NCBI GenBank assembly: GCA_040754075.1
Contig: JBFMDH010000003.1
Location: 14,307-78,306, forward strand
DNA: 64,000 nt
From: Acidobacteriota bacterium
GTDB taxonomy: Bacteria > Acidobacteriota > Blastocatellia > UBA7656
Reading direction: 5' to 3'
A model generated the notes under the pieces. That model was given only the letters and a program-made list of their open reading frames with translations, was not told where the DNA came from and did no database searches. Positions 50,801 through 59,347 of the stretch are shown piece after piece. How positions within the stretch are numbered: position 1 is the first letter of the stretch; each line of letters opens with the position of its first letter. The position numbers were made by a program, and so were the translations under genes.

Positions 50801-52462
50801 ACTGCCGAAATTGCCGCCATTCGCCATTCAGTGCCGGGCGTGACTTTGATTTCGCCGCCGCCGCATCACGACATTTATTCCATCGAAGACCTCGCGCAAC
50901 TGATTTACGATTTGCGTCGCATCAATCCGCGCGCCCGCATCGCTGTGAAGTTGGTTTCGGAAGCAGGCATCGGCACGATTGCCGCAGGTGTGACGAAAGC
51001 TTTTGCTGATGTCATTCACATTGCCGGGCACGATGGCGGCACGGGCGCGTCGCCTCTCAGTTCGATTAAAAACGCCGGTTCGCCCTGGGAACTCGGACTT
51101 GCGGAAACCCAGCAGACGCTGGTGCTCAATGATTTGCGTTCGCGTGTGCGCCTGAGAGTTGATGGCGGCTTCAAATCGGCGCGTGACGTAGTGATGGCGG
51201 CGATGTTTGGCGCAGAAGAATTCGGCTTTGCGACCTCGGCGCTTGTGGCGCTTGGTTGCGTGATGGCGCGGCAATGTCATTTGAATACCTGTCCGGTTGG
51301 CATCGCAACCCAGGAACAAAACTTGCGCGAACGTTACGCAGGCAAACCCGAAATGGTGATTAATTATTTCCTTTCGCTTGCCGAAGACGTGCGCGTTTTG
51401 CTTGCCGAACTCGGATTTCGTTCGCTTGATGACATCGTCGGGCGCGCCGATTTGCTGGTTGAAAAAACCGATGTCAGGCTGCCGAAAGGGGTGAAATTGG
51501 ATTTGCGCGCGCTGGTTGCTAATGCCGATGAATCCAATACGCGCCCGCGCCGATTCATTGCGGCGCACAAACGTCACGAAGAGGATTCATTGGAAGAGCG
51601 CATGATGTTACAGGCATCGCGCGCCATCTTTACAGGCAAACCGATTCAACTGTCTTACAAAATTAAAAACACTGACCGCGCCGTGGGCGCGCGCCTCGCA
51701 GGAGAGATTGCCGGAATTTACGGCAATGCCGGCATGCAGGATGCGACCGTTGATATTATTTTGCGCGGCAGCGCCGGTCAGAGTTTCGGGGCGTTTTGTG
51801 CGTCGGGCATGAAACTGACAGTCATCGGCGAAGCCAATGATTATGTCGCCAAAGGTATGGGCGGCGGCGAAATCATCATTCGCCCACCGGCTGAAGCCTC
51901 TTTCGATTCATCGAAAAATGCCATCATCGGCAATACCGTGTTATATGGCGCAACCGGCGGAACCCTGTTCGTTGCGGGTCGCGCCGGTGAACGTTTCTGT
52001 GTTCGCAACAGTGGCGCAGATGCGGTGGTCGAAGGCGTTGGCGACCACGCTTGCGAATATATGACTGCCGGAACCGTCGTGGTGCTTGGCGAAGTGGGGC
52101 GCAATTTTGCAGCCGGGATGACCGGCGGCGTGGCGTATGTTCTGGACACGGATGAAACCTTTGAGCGGCGTTGCAATCAAGAGATGGTGACGCTCGAAGC
52201 GTTAAAGAGCGAAAGCGATGCGCAAGTGGTGCGCGCCCTCATTCAACGACATTTTGAACTCACCGGCAGTTTGAAATCTCGCGAAGTGTTGTGGAACTGG
52301 AAAAATTATCGCCGTCAATTTTGGAAAGTCATCACCCAGGGCGCAAAGTTAATCGAAGCGCAGAAAAAAACCGAGAGCAAAGGCGCCGCGGTTCAGGGCA
52401 GTCGCAGAGTTTTTGCTGCCGCCGAACGCTGGGTAAAAACCAGGCTTTTCCAAATTATCTGA
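47840..52462 (+). CDS. gltB: Glutamate synthase large subunit (GltB; length consistent with a ferredoxin-dependent type)
   Basis: N-terminal Ntn amidotransferase CGVGFV (Cys1 after Met removal), a central FMN/Fe-S domain, a synthase domain and a C-terminal GXGXG domain. 1540 aa. No adjacent gltD. Confidence 0.85.
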   Translation: MKDDVPFRLLYDSQFEHDACGVGFVADIAGNPSHALLEIALQALNHLVHRGAIDADGKTGDGAGVLTQLPKKFFQKKIEKLCGARLQAEDIAVGMFFLPQDETIRVRSKSAIKRALKQYNLEFLAWRNVPVDKNALGTKAAETLPRIEQALIARGDCPLTEFESTLYLVRKEIERQTANLKGFYTVSLSNQTIVYKGLLVASQLKAFYKDLSDGDFASAIVVFHQRYSTNTFPNWSLAQPFRMIAHNGEINTIAGNRNWMRAREATLNSPFWQERIEKLKPVIWSAGSDSASLDNTAELLIKSGRDVLQSMLMLMPEAFENAQGMNADLRGFYDYSACLMEPWDGPAAVAFSDGKIVGARLDRNGLRPARYAVTSDGLMILTSEAGAIELAPETIVEKGRLAPGEMIAVDTTRGVVLGDEEIKRGCAARKPYADWVRDGFVACPSIADNNCTDDFNDLSLTERMKAYGYTLEDVQRIIDPMFEEGKEPVGSMGDDTPLAVLSAKPRVLYNYFKQRFAQVTNPAIDPIRERGVMSLETLLGARGSLLEERAEFAKLVKLHSPVITNNELEWLKNLDKQGFSAITLKTLFEVKNDHACSEMVSDRQASGQRSLLNSKPELSGSCLENALDELCAQASEAADKGYAILILSDKGIDESHAPIPMLLAVSAVHHHLIREGKRLRVSLIAETADAREDHHFACLMGYGASAVNPYLAFEIVANEVQHRGMSTPAALKNYKTAVENGLLKILAKMGIATIASYSGAQIFEAIGVGDRLIEKYFTGTPSRIGGITLREIAGDGLQFHASAFAVKDKQQLDDAGYYRYRAGGEFHTFNPQVFRLLHKFARAGDEEAFKKFAAQIDTRAPAALRDLLEFRKGESIALDEIEAAENIVRRFSISAMSLGALSPEAHETLAIAMNRLGAKSNSGEGGESPARYRPREDGDSANSRIKQVASARFGVTPEYLVSADELEIKIAQGAKPGEGGQLPGHKVTAEIAAIRHSVPGVTLISPPPHHDIYSIEDLAQLIYDLRRINPRARIAVKLVSEAGIGTIAAGVTKAFADVIHIAGHDGGTGASPLSSIKNAGSPWELGLAETQQTLVLNDLRSRVRLRVDGGFKSARDVVMAAMFGAEEFGFATSALVALGCVMARQCHLNTCPVGIATQEQNLRERYAGKPEMVINYFLSLAEDVRVLLAELGFRSLDDIVGRADLLVEKTDVRLPKGVKLDLRALVANADESNTRPRRFIAAHKRHEEDSLEERMMLQASRAIFTGKPIQLSYKIKNTDRAVGARLAGEIAGIYGNAGMQDATVDIILRGSAGQSFGAFCASGMKLTVIGEANDYVAKGMGGGEIIIRPPAEASFDSSKNAIIGNTVLYGATGGTLFVAGRAGERFCVRNSGADAVVEGVGDHACEYMTAGTVVVLGEVGRNFAAGMTGGVAYVLDTDETFERRCNQEMVTLEALKSESDAQVVRALIQRHFELTGSLKSREVLWNWKNYRRQFWKVITQGAKLIEAQKKTESKGAAVQGSRRVFAAAERWVKTRLFQII

Positions 52463-52642
52463 ATGCGAGAAAATAAACTGTCCGAATTCGTATTAAATTC
52501 GCGAATTGAACAGCAATGATAGAAAAGCGATTGAAGACGGTTTTCACATCATCAATCACATCATTCAGGAAAATCAGGCAATCAACGATTAATTCGGGTA
52601 AATAATCAAAATTAAGAATAATCACGAATCTAGGGGTTAGCT

Positions 52643-53596
52643 ATGGATTTAATGCAACTTGAAATGTTTGTTGCGATGGTCGAAGAACAGAATTTTCATA
52701 AAGCCGCTGAGCGTGTCTTTCGCACCCAACCGGCGCTCAGCATGGCGCTTAGAAAACTCGAACAGGAACTCAGCGCGCCGCTGTTTGACCGCTCAGACCG
52801 CAACAACTATTCGCTTACCGATAGCGGCGAAGTGCTCTATGAATACGCCAAACGCCTGCTCAATCTGCGCGATGAAGCGATAACCACTTTGCAACGCCTG
52901 CACACCTTGCAAAGCGGACGCATTCGCATCGGCGCTAATGAAAGCACCAGTCTTTACCTGTTGCCGCAACTCATTCTGGCGTTTCGCGAACAATTTCCGA
53001 AAATCAAAATCGAAGTCTTTCGCCAACTCTCGACGAAATTGCCGACCGAACTAAGGCAGCGCAATTTGGATGTCGCTATCTTAGCCTATTTGCCGGAAGG
53101 CTCTGACCTTGAATCAACCTTGATTGTGCGCGATGAACTGGTATTGATTGCCAGTCCCGAAAACCCGCTGGCGCATGAACAGCGCGTTCATATACGCGAT
53201 TTGGGCGGCGAATCGTTTATTGCCCACAATGCTCATTCACCGGCGCGGCAAAAAGTTATTGATACGTTTCGCAAATATCAAACGCCTTTAAATATCACCA
53301 CCGAAATCGCCACGATGGAGACGATCAAAAAATTCGTTTCCATGAATATCGGTCTTGGGTTTGTGCCGCTCATGTGCGTAACCGAAGCGGTCGAGCGCGG
53401 CGAACTGGTTGTCGTACCGCTTGAAGGCTTTCATTATGAACGCAATTTGTGGGCGGTGCGGCGGCGAACGGAAGCCCATTCACACGCGGCGCAGGCGTTT
53501 ATGAAAGTCATTCAGACGATGTTGGAAGAGAATTTGCAGAAAGCCGCTATTCCATCCATCAATCGCGATGGGGATGAAACGGCACAGATAAATTAA
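52643..53596 (+). CDS. LysR-family transcriptional regulator
   Basis: N-terminal helix-turn-helix MDLMQLEMFVAMVEEQNFHKAAERVFRTQPALSMALRKLE, then a LysR substrate-binding domain. Confidence 0.85.
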   Translation: MDLMQLEMFVAMVEEQNFHKAAERVFRTQPALSMALRKLEQELSAPLFDRSDRNNYSLTDSGEVLYEYAKRLLNLRDEAITTLQRLHTLQSGRIRIGANESTSLYLLPQLILAFREQFPKIKIEVFRQLSTKLPTELRQRNLDVAILAYLPEGSDLESTLIVRDELVLIASPENPLAHEQRVHIRDLGGESFIAHNAHSPARQKVIDTFRKYQTPLNITTEIATMETIKKFVSMNIGLGFVPLMCVTEAVERGELVVVPLEGFHYERNLWAVRRRTEAHSHAAQAFMKVIQTMLEENLQKAAIPSINRDGDETAQIN

Positions 53597-53695
53597 ATTT
53601 TGCGAGCAACGCCGAGTGTTGGGCTTGCCGTCAGAATAAGCGTCTGCGTAAAATTCGCATCTGACAAATCATCATCACATTTGAGGAGAAAGAAA

Positions 53696-53962
53696 TTGAA
53701 GAAAGCCAGATTATTCATTGTTGTACTTTTCATAGCCGGACTCGTTCCGATCTTTACCAGCAGTTCAATGGCTTATCCGCCATTTGTCGCCAAATCCAAA
53801 AAGTTCGGAGCCAAAGATTGCAAGTTCTGTCATGTGAAAGCCGAAGGCGGTCCCCCCTTCAACGCGCGTGGCAAGTGGTTAATCAGCGAAAAGACCAAGC
53901 GCAACGCCGATGCCGTTGACCCGGAATGGCTCGCGGATTACAAACCTGCGAAAAAGAAATAA
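53696..53962 (+). CDS. Small secreted CxxCH-motif protein (mono-heme c-type cytochrome-like)
   Basis: TTG start 7 nt after GAGGAG. Signal peptide MKKARLFIVVLFIAGLVPIFTSSSMA. Single CKFCH heme-binding motif. 88 aa. Confidence 0.45.
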   Translation: MKKARLFIVVLFIAGLVPIFTSSSMAYPPFVAKSKKFGAKDCKFCHVKAEGGPPFNARGKWLISEKTKRNADAVDPEWLADYKPAKKK

Positions 53963-54125
53963 CCCCGCGATTAACAACATAAAAGGCTAAAGTGAGCAGT
54001 CGGCGCTTTAGCCTTTTGTATTTTGTGAAGCTGATTTTTTGCGGGATTATCATTGAAACTGATTGAACAAATCACCGAAGCCTCGATGGGGCACGATTCA
54101 ATACCTTGAAACGCCGTTGGTTTTA

Positions 54126-55718
54126 TTAATCATTCGTCTGTTTCAAAGCTTTTCGGTCAATCTTGCCGCGATCATTTTTCGGAAGGTCGGCGACAAATTC
54201 AATCCAGCGCGGGTATTTGTAAGGCGCCAGGCGACTCTTCACCATATCTTTTAAATCCGTTTCCAACTCTGCGTTTGCCGCGTGACCTTCGGCGACCACA
54301 ATAAAGGCTTTCGGTTTGATTAAGCCTTGTTCATCCATCGCGCCGATAACCGCAACTTCGGCGACTGCCGGGTGTTCGAGCAGACAATTTTCAATCTCTG
54401 TGGGCGAAGCAAACATGCCGCTCACCTTCAACATTTCATCGGTGCGCCCGGCATACCAGTAATAACCCTGTTCATCGACGCGAAACTGGTCGCCGGTCGT
54501 ACACCAATCGCCCGCAAAGGTCTCTTTGCTCTTGTCGTGCGCGTTCCAATAACAAAGCGCCGCCGAATCGCCTTTGATTCTCAGCGTCCCCATTTCGCCG
54601 GTCGGCACTTCGCGCCCTTCTGCGTCAACAATCTGCGCGGTGTAGCCTTCGACGATGCGACCGAGGCTGCCGAGTTTGACATCGCCCGGACGATTGGTGA
54701 TGTAGATATGAAACATTTCGGCAGAACCGATGCCGTCTAAAATCTCTACGCCGAAAGTCTCAATCCAACGCAAATAGAGTTCGGGCGGCAGGGCTTCACC
54801 CGCCGATAAACAAAACCTGAGACTCGACAAATCATAACGCTTCGCGCTGTTCGCTTGATGTTGCAGCATGGCGTTAATCATGGTCGGTACGCTGGTTAAA
54901 ATCGTCGGGCGATATTTTTCAATCATTGCGAACATGGCTTCGGCAGTTGAACGCTCGGCAAACAGCGCGGTTGCGCCGCCGACCGCAAATGGAAACAGTA
55001 GATTGGTTCCGGTCGCGTAACCGAAAAATAATTTCGGGACTGAAAGCGTGATGTCCGATTCGTTGATACCAAGCACCCGTTTGGCGTAGCACTCGGTGTT
55101 GTAAGGCATATCGTGTTGCAGATGAACGGCGGCTTTCGGTTGCCCGGTCGAACCTGATGTAAAAAGCCAGATAGCGAGGTCGTCGCGGGTCGTCGGCGCG
55201 GTTGCCAGTTCGCTGGAATGTTCGGCGATGGTTTGCTCAAACGGGTGAATATCACAGTAGCCGGCGATGCCTTCGATTTTACCTGTGACCTCTGTGTCAA
55301 CAACGAGAATGTGTCTGAGGAAACGCGAATGCGCGACCGCAGGTGTGAAGCGTTCCATCACGTCTTTGTGAACCACGGCGACTTTGGCGCGAGTGTATTC
55401 GAGATAATATTCGTAATCGCTGGTCGGCAAAATGGTGTTGACCATGGAAATCACCGCGCCGATTTTTGCAGTGGCAAACCACGCGGCGACGAATTCGATG
55501 GAATCCGGCAGCACAAGCAACACACGGTCTTCAATTTCAACACCAAACGAACGCAAGGCATTGCCGCAAGCGTTCGCCATTTGCTGCACGTCGCTGTAGG
55601 TGTATTGTTCATCGCGATAGTAAACGGCAACCTTATCGCCGCGCCCTTCGCTGATGTTGTGATCAAGATAATAAGTTGCAATGTTGAACGGTTCTGGAAA
55701 AGATATGGTCATAGTCAA
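54126..55718 (-). CDS. AMP-dependent acyl-CoA ligase (benzoate/aromatic acid-CoA ligase-like)
   Basis: AMP-binding motif LFTSGSTGQPKAAVH. Other adenylate-forming enzyme blocks (YGSAE-like GIGSAEM, GDxxxxDxxGxxxxxGRxDxxxKxxG region) are present. Confidence 0.75.
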   Translation of the reverse strand: MTMTISFPEPFNIATYYLDHNISEGRGDKVAVYYRDEQYTYSDVQQMANACGNALRSFGVEIEDRVLLVLPDSIEFVAAWFATAKIGAVISMVNTILPTSDYEYYLEYTRAKVAVVHKDVMERFTPAVAHSRFLRHILVVDTEVTGKIEGIAGYCDIHPFEQTIAEHSSELATAPTTRDDLAIWLFTSGSTGQPKAAVHLQHDMPYNTECYAKRVLGINESDITLSVPKLFFGYATGTNLLFPFAVGGATALFAERSTAEAMFAMIEKYRPTILTSVPTMINAMLQHQANSAKRYDLSSLRFCLSAGEALPPELYLRWIETFGVEILDGIGSAEMFHIYITNRPGDVKLGSLGRIVEGYTAQIVDAEGREVPTGEMGTLRIKGDSAALCYWNAHDKSKETFAGDWCTTGDQFRVDEQGYYWYAGRTDEMLKVSGMFASPTEIENCLLEHPAVAEVAVIGAMDEQGLIKPKAFIVVAEGHAANAELETDLKDMVKSRLAPYKYPRWIEFVADLPKNDRGKIDRKALKQTND

Positions 55719-55730
55719 TAATCCAAGTTT

Positions 55731-56172
55731 AGTGATGAGTAATGAGTGATGAGTTTCTCATTTAGAGTTCATCACGTCGCCTCTGAACAGATGCGCGTAA
55801 TCCTCCGATTATCTGTCCTAATTCTTTTGCTTTTGTCATCAATGAATCAAAAGCTGGTTTCTCTAAATATCCCGCGTCTAATGCAACATAAAGTTGCGAA
55901 CGGAATTCGGCACAGGACGCTTTGGCAATCGAAAGAAATTGATGAAACTCTGTAGCTTTTCCTCGCTCAAACCCTTCAGCGATGTTTGACATGATCGAGA
56001 CTGAGGCTCTGCGAATTTGATCTTTCAAGCCATAATCCCGCGCAAATTTTCCTTCCTCAGTAACTTTATAAATGAATGAGGTCAACGCCCGAGCTTTTTG
56101 CCAGGCGATAAAATCTTCAAATTGTTCTATCCTGTTTCCACTCATTACTCATTACTCATCACTCATTACTTT
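55731..56172. mobile_element. Cassette: four-helix-bundle gene flanked by inverted arrays of tandem heptamers (AGTRATG x3 / YACTCAT x4)
   Basis: Left arm: agtgatg agtaatg agtgatg ag (55731-55753). Right arm: cactcat tactcat tactcat cactcat tact (56139-56172). The arms are reverse complements of each other. The cassette sits exactly in the gap between two minus-strand genes. Confidence 0.55.
55762..56145 (-). CDS. Four-helix-bundle protein of the type found in 23S rRNA intervening sequences (TIGR02436-like)
   Basis: 127 aa, all-alpha, with conserved pattern ...[56 protein letters not shown]... typical of this family. Confidence 0.6.
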   Translation of the reverse strand: MSGNRIEQFEDFIAWQKARALTSFIYKVTEEGKFARDYGLKDQIRRASVSIMSNIAEGFERGKATEFHQFLSIAKASCAEFRSQLYVALDAGYLEKPAFDSLMTKAKELGQIIGGLRASVQRRRDEL

Positions 56173-56173
56173 C

Positions 56174-56751
56174 TTATTGCCAGGTCGCGTAAAACTCACA
56201 AAACGCATCGCCGCGCCCGGTGCAACGGGTGTGCAGGACGCGCGGGTTTTCGGCTCCGCAAATTTCGATGGCGCGGCGAAAATATTCGGTGCCGCTGGCG
56301 CAATAACTCACGGGCGGCGGGGTGTCGTAATTGATTTTGAGCATGCCGCTATTCGGGCTTAACTCTTCATAAGTCGCGGTGCCGAAATCTTGATAGGAAC
56401 GATGAATGAGCGCCGTCTGTCTTAAAAAGGCGTGAATGTCGGCGTCGAGCAAACTGCTGTACGCGCCGGATAAATTCGAGGTCGCGGAAAATTCTCCGAG
56501 TTTTTGAAATATCGCTTCCGGGTTGCCGTCAAGCACATCGGCGATGGCATTATCTACGCGGTCAAGTAGAGCGAGGGTGTACCAATGATCGATTTCGATT
56601 TCGCTAAGCGCGGCGCGGTCGGCTTCGCTAAGTTGCTCCAGCACTGTAGTCCAAACGTCGAGTCCGTGATTCATCAAAACGTATAAAAATCGTGAGCGCA
56701 AAACTCCGCCTTTGATGTGCATATCAGCGTAAGCGGTTGATGGCGAATTCA
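56174..56751 (-). CDS. Hypothetical protein with C-terminal Cys motif (CASGTEY...CTGRGDAFCEF), possibly V4R/DUF2378-like
   Basis: GGAG SD before the ATG at 56749-56751. No confident family assignment. Confidence 0.35.
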
Positions 56752-56828
56752 TGTTGCATCTCCAATCGTGTAAAATCAGCGGCTCAGTCGGTCGAATTAT
56801 AGCCGAAACCAAAAGGTCAAGGTAGCAC

Positions 56829-57902
56829 ATGAAAAAATCAACTACGAAAAAAGTTGTGCGATTGAAAGTTAAAAAATTGCAAAATGCGATTACCGATGTC
56901 GCAGGCATCGCGGTCGGTCACGCCGCCAACGAAGAAGCGCGTACCGGCTGCACGGTGATTTTATGTAATGCTGAAGGGGCGGTCTGCGGCGTTGACGTGC
57001 GCGGCGCGGCACCCGGCACGCGCGAAACCGATCTGCTCGACCCGTCGAATTTAGTTGACCGCGTCCATGCGGTTTTGCTTTCGGGCGGCTCGGCTTTTGG
57101 ACTGGATGCCGCAACTGGCGTGATGAAATTTCTGGAAGAGCGCGGCATCGGCTTCGACACAGGGGTAGCGCGCGTGCCGATTGTTCCGGCGGCGGTGATT
57201 TTCGATTTAGCAGTGGGCGCGGCAAACATTCGCCCCGATTCGGTGATGGGTTATCTCGCCTGTATGAACGCGACGAGTGAACGGGTTGCCGAAGGCGCGG
57301 TTGGCGCGGGCACAGGCGCGATGGTCGGGAAAATTTTGGGGTTGTCGAATGCGTCGCCGGGTGGTGTGGCAACGGCTTCGATGAAACTCGCATCGGGAGC
57401 GACCGTCGGTGTGCTGGTGGTGGTTAATGCTTTTGGCGATATTGTTGATCCGACGAGCGGCGAAATTTTAGCGGGCGCAAGGTTTCCCAACGGGCGTGGC
57501 TTTTTGAATACGCAGAGAGCCATTGAACAGGGCTTGCCGCAAAGAGGGGGCAGAGGTTCCGCACAAGCAAAAGCGAAGAATAGAGAGAAGGGTGAATTAA
57601 AAAATGTTTCGCGCAAGCTCTCGGCGATTTCAAAACATCCGTTTGCTTCGGGAATAGAAAACACCACGCTGGCAGTTGTGGCGACCGATGCGAAACTCAC
57701 GAAAGCCGAGGCTCGCAAAGTCGCACAGATGGCGCATGACGGACTGGCGCGTGCCATCCGCCCGATTCACACCATGTTTGACGGCGACACCATTTTCGCG
57801 TTATCAACCGGCGCGATGCAAAGTGACGTGACCACCCTTGGCACTGTCGCCGCAGAGCTATTAACCAAGGCGATTGTTCAAGTGGCAAACCTTAAACTGT
57901 AA
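56829..57902 (+). CDS. DmpA/S58-family (ArgJ-like fold) aminopeptidase or amidase
   Basis: ITDVAGIAVGHA...GCTVILC...GVDVRGAAPGTRETDLL and a central self-cleavage-type GS/T site (AVLLSGGSAFGLDAATG) are typical of P1/S58 peptidases. Confidence 0.65.
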   Translation: MKKSTTKKVVRLKVKKLQNAITDVAGIAVGHAANEEARTGCTVILCNAEGAVCGVDVRGAAPGTRETDLLDPSNLVDRVHAVLLSGGSAFGLDAATGVMKFLEERGIGFDTGVARVPIVPAAVIFDLAVGAANIRPDSVMGYLACMNATSERVAEGAVGAGTGAMVGKILGLSNASPGGVATASMKLASGATVGVLVVVNAFGDIVDPTSGEILAGARFPNGRGFLNTQRAIEQGLPQRGGRGSAQAKAKNREKGELKNVSRKLSAISKHPFASGIENTTLAVVATDAKLTKAEARKVAQMAHDGLARAIRPIHTMFDGDTIFALSTGAMQSDVTTLGTVAAELLTKAIVQVANLKL

Positions 57903-58983
57903 CATCCGCGCTGCGCGTGAACTCGGCGGTTTTCGGGTCGCGGGCGTGCGCGTGTTTATAATCATCGGCGTTGTGATGCACATCGGGCGGACAGCCGCGC
58001 TCAATCATTGAAGCGAAATAGGCATCAATCTGGTCGAATATCTCGGTGATGGTTGGCGAATGAAAGACCCGTTCGCGAAGTCGCGCGCCGCCCGCAAGTC
58101 CGTGTGTGAAATAGCCGCACATCTGTTTCAACTTGCCACTCAATGCGCGTTCCGGCATTTCGTCTTTCAGGAGTTCGTAATAGCGATGCAGAACCTGTTG
58201 CTTTTCGCCTAACCCCGGTTGATAAATATCGCGCCCTTCCATCAAATCGACGGTCTGGCGAAATATCCACGGGTTGGCAATCGCGCCGCGCCCGATCATC
58301 ACTGCGTCAACCGCTGTTTGCTTGAATCGCGCAACGGCTTGTTCGGCATTGATTACATCACCGCAACCGATGACTGGAATGTTCACTGCCTGTTTGACCG
58401 CCGCAATCACCTCCCAATTGGCGCGTCCGCTATAACCTTGCATTCTGGTGCGCCCGTGAATCGCAACCATATTGCCGCCGCTGCCTTCGACGATTTTCGC
58501 GACTTCGATGGCATTGATGCTGCTGTCGTCCCAGCCTGTGCGAAGCTTCATGGTCACAGGAATTTTCACCCGGCGACGAATCGTGAGAAGGATTTTTTCG
58601 AGTTGCGGCAAATCGCGAAGCAGCGACGAACCGCCACCGCCTTTCACCACTTTTTTAGCAGGGCAACCGCAATTGATATCAACGATGTCTGCGCCTGCTT
58701 CTTCGATGATTTCCGCAGCCATTGCCATGCGCTCTTCGTCGTAACCGAAAATCTGAATCGACAGCGGGCGCTCTTCCGGCAAAAACCGCATCATGCGGTG
58801 CGTCCGCATATTGCCGCGTGTGAGTCCTTCGACGGAAATAAACTCGGTGACGATTAACCCGACGCCGGTGAGTTCTTTAATCAGGCGACGAAAAGAGGAA
58901 TCGGTGACGCCAGCCATTGGCGCTAAGACCAGCGCCGGATTGATGCGCACATTGCCGATAAACATTTCACGAACTGCATTCAT
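57892..58983 (-). CDS. dusB: tRNA-dihydrouridine synthase
   Basis: LAPMAGVTDSSFRRL...DINCGCPAKKV...GRTRMQ matches Dus family motifs (FMN TIM barrel with catalytic Cys). Confidence 0.8.
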   Translation of the reverse strand: MNAVREMFIGNVRINPALVLAPMAGVTDSSFRRLIKELTGVGLIVTEFISVEGLTRGNMRTHRMMRFLPEERPLSIQIFGYDEERMAMAAEIIEEAGADIVDINCGCPAKKVVKGGGGSSLLRDLPQLEKILLTIRRRVKIPVTMKLRTGWDDSSINAIEVAKIVEGSGGNMVAIHGRTRMQGYSGRANWEVIAAVKQAVNIPVIGCGDVINAEQAVARFKQTAVDAVMIGRGAIANPWIFRQTVDLMEGRDIYQPGLGEKQQVLHRYYELLKDEMPERALSGKLKQMCGYFTHGLAGGARLRERVFHSPTITEIFDQIDAYFASMIERGCPPDVHHNADDYKHAHARDPKTAEFTRSADVTV

Positions 58984-59059
58984 AGAGCGAAAAGTTTAAC
59001 ATGCGAGCGGCGCGGGCGGACAGTTTTTAGAAATTTGTGGCGATACGGCATAGGGTTTT

Positions 59060-59180
59060 GTGAAAGTGAAAAGCGTAAACTCTGAAAGGAAGAAATTTTC
59101 CTGGATAGAGGCGGATACAACGCACCATCAGATGAATCCGCTCTATCCGAGAGTAAACCTTTCACTTTCGCAAGCGGCGC
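59060..59180. repeat. Nested inverted repeat (long imperfect hairpin) built from short tandem units, upstream of the DUF1592 gene
   Basis: Outer arms gtgaaagtgaaaagcg / cctttcactttcgc. Inner arms GGATAGAGGCGGAT / ATCCGCTCTATCC, with a 19-nt loop. Confidence 0.55.
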
Positions 59181-59347
59181 ATAGCGTTTCATGGTGAGGC
59201 GTCGGATTTTGAAAAAATTCATGATTTGGAAAAGGTTCAAACGCAGCCATTAAATTTTCAGTCTTTCTATTTCAGGCAGCACCCTTGGCGCGTATAATAA
59301 AAGCCACGTTCCGACCTTGATTTCTTAAACCGGATTAAGGCGCGTTT

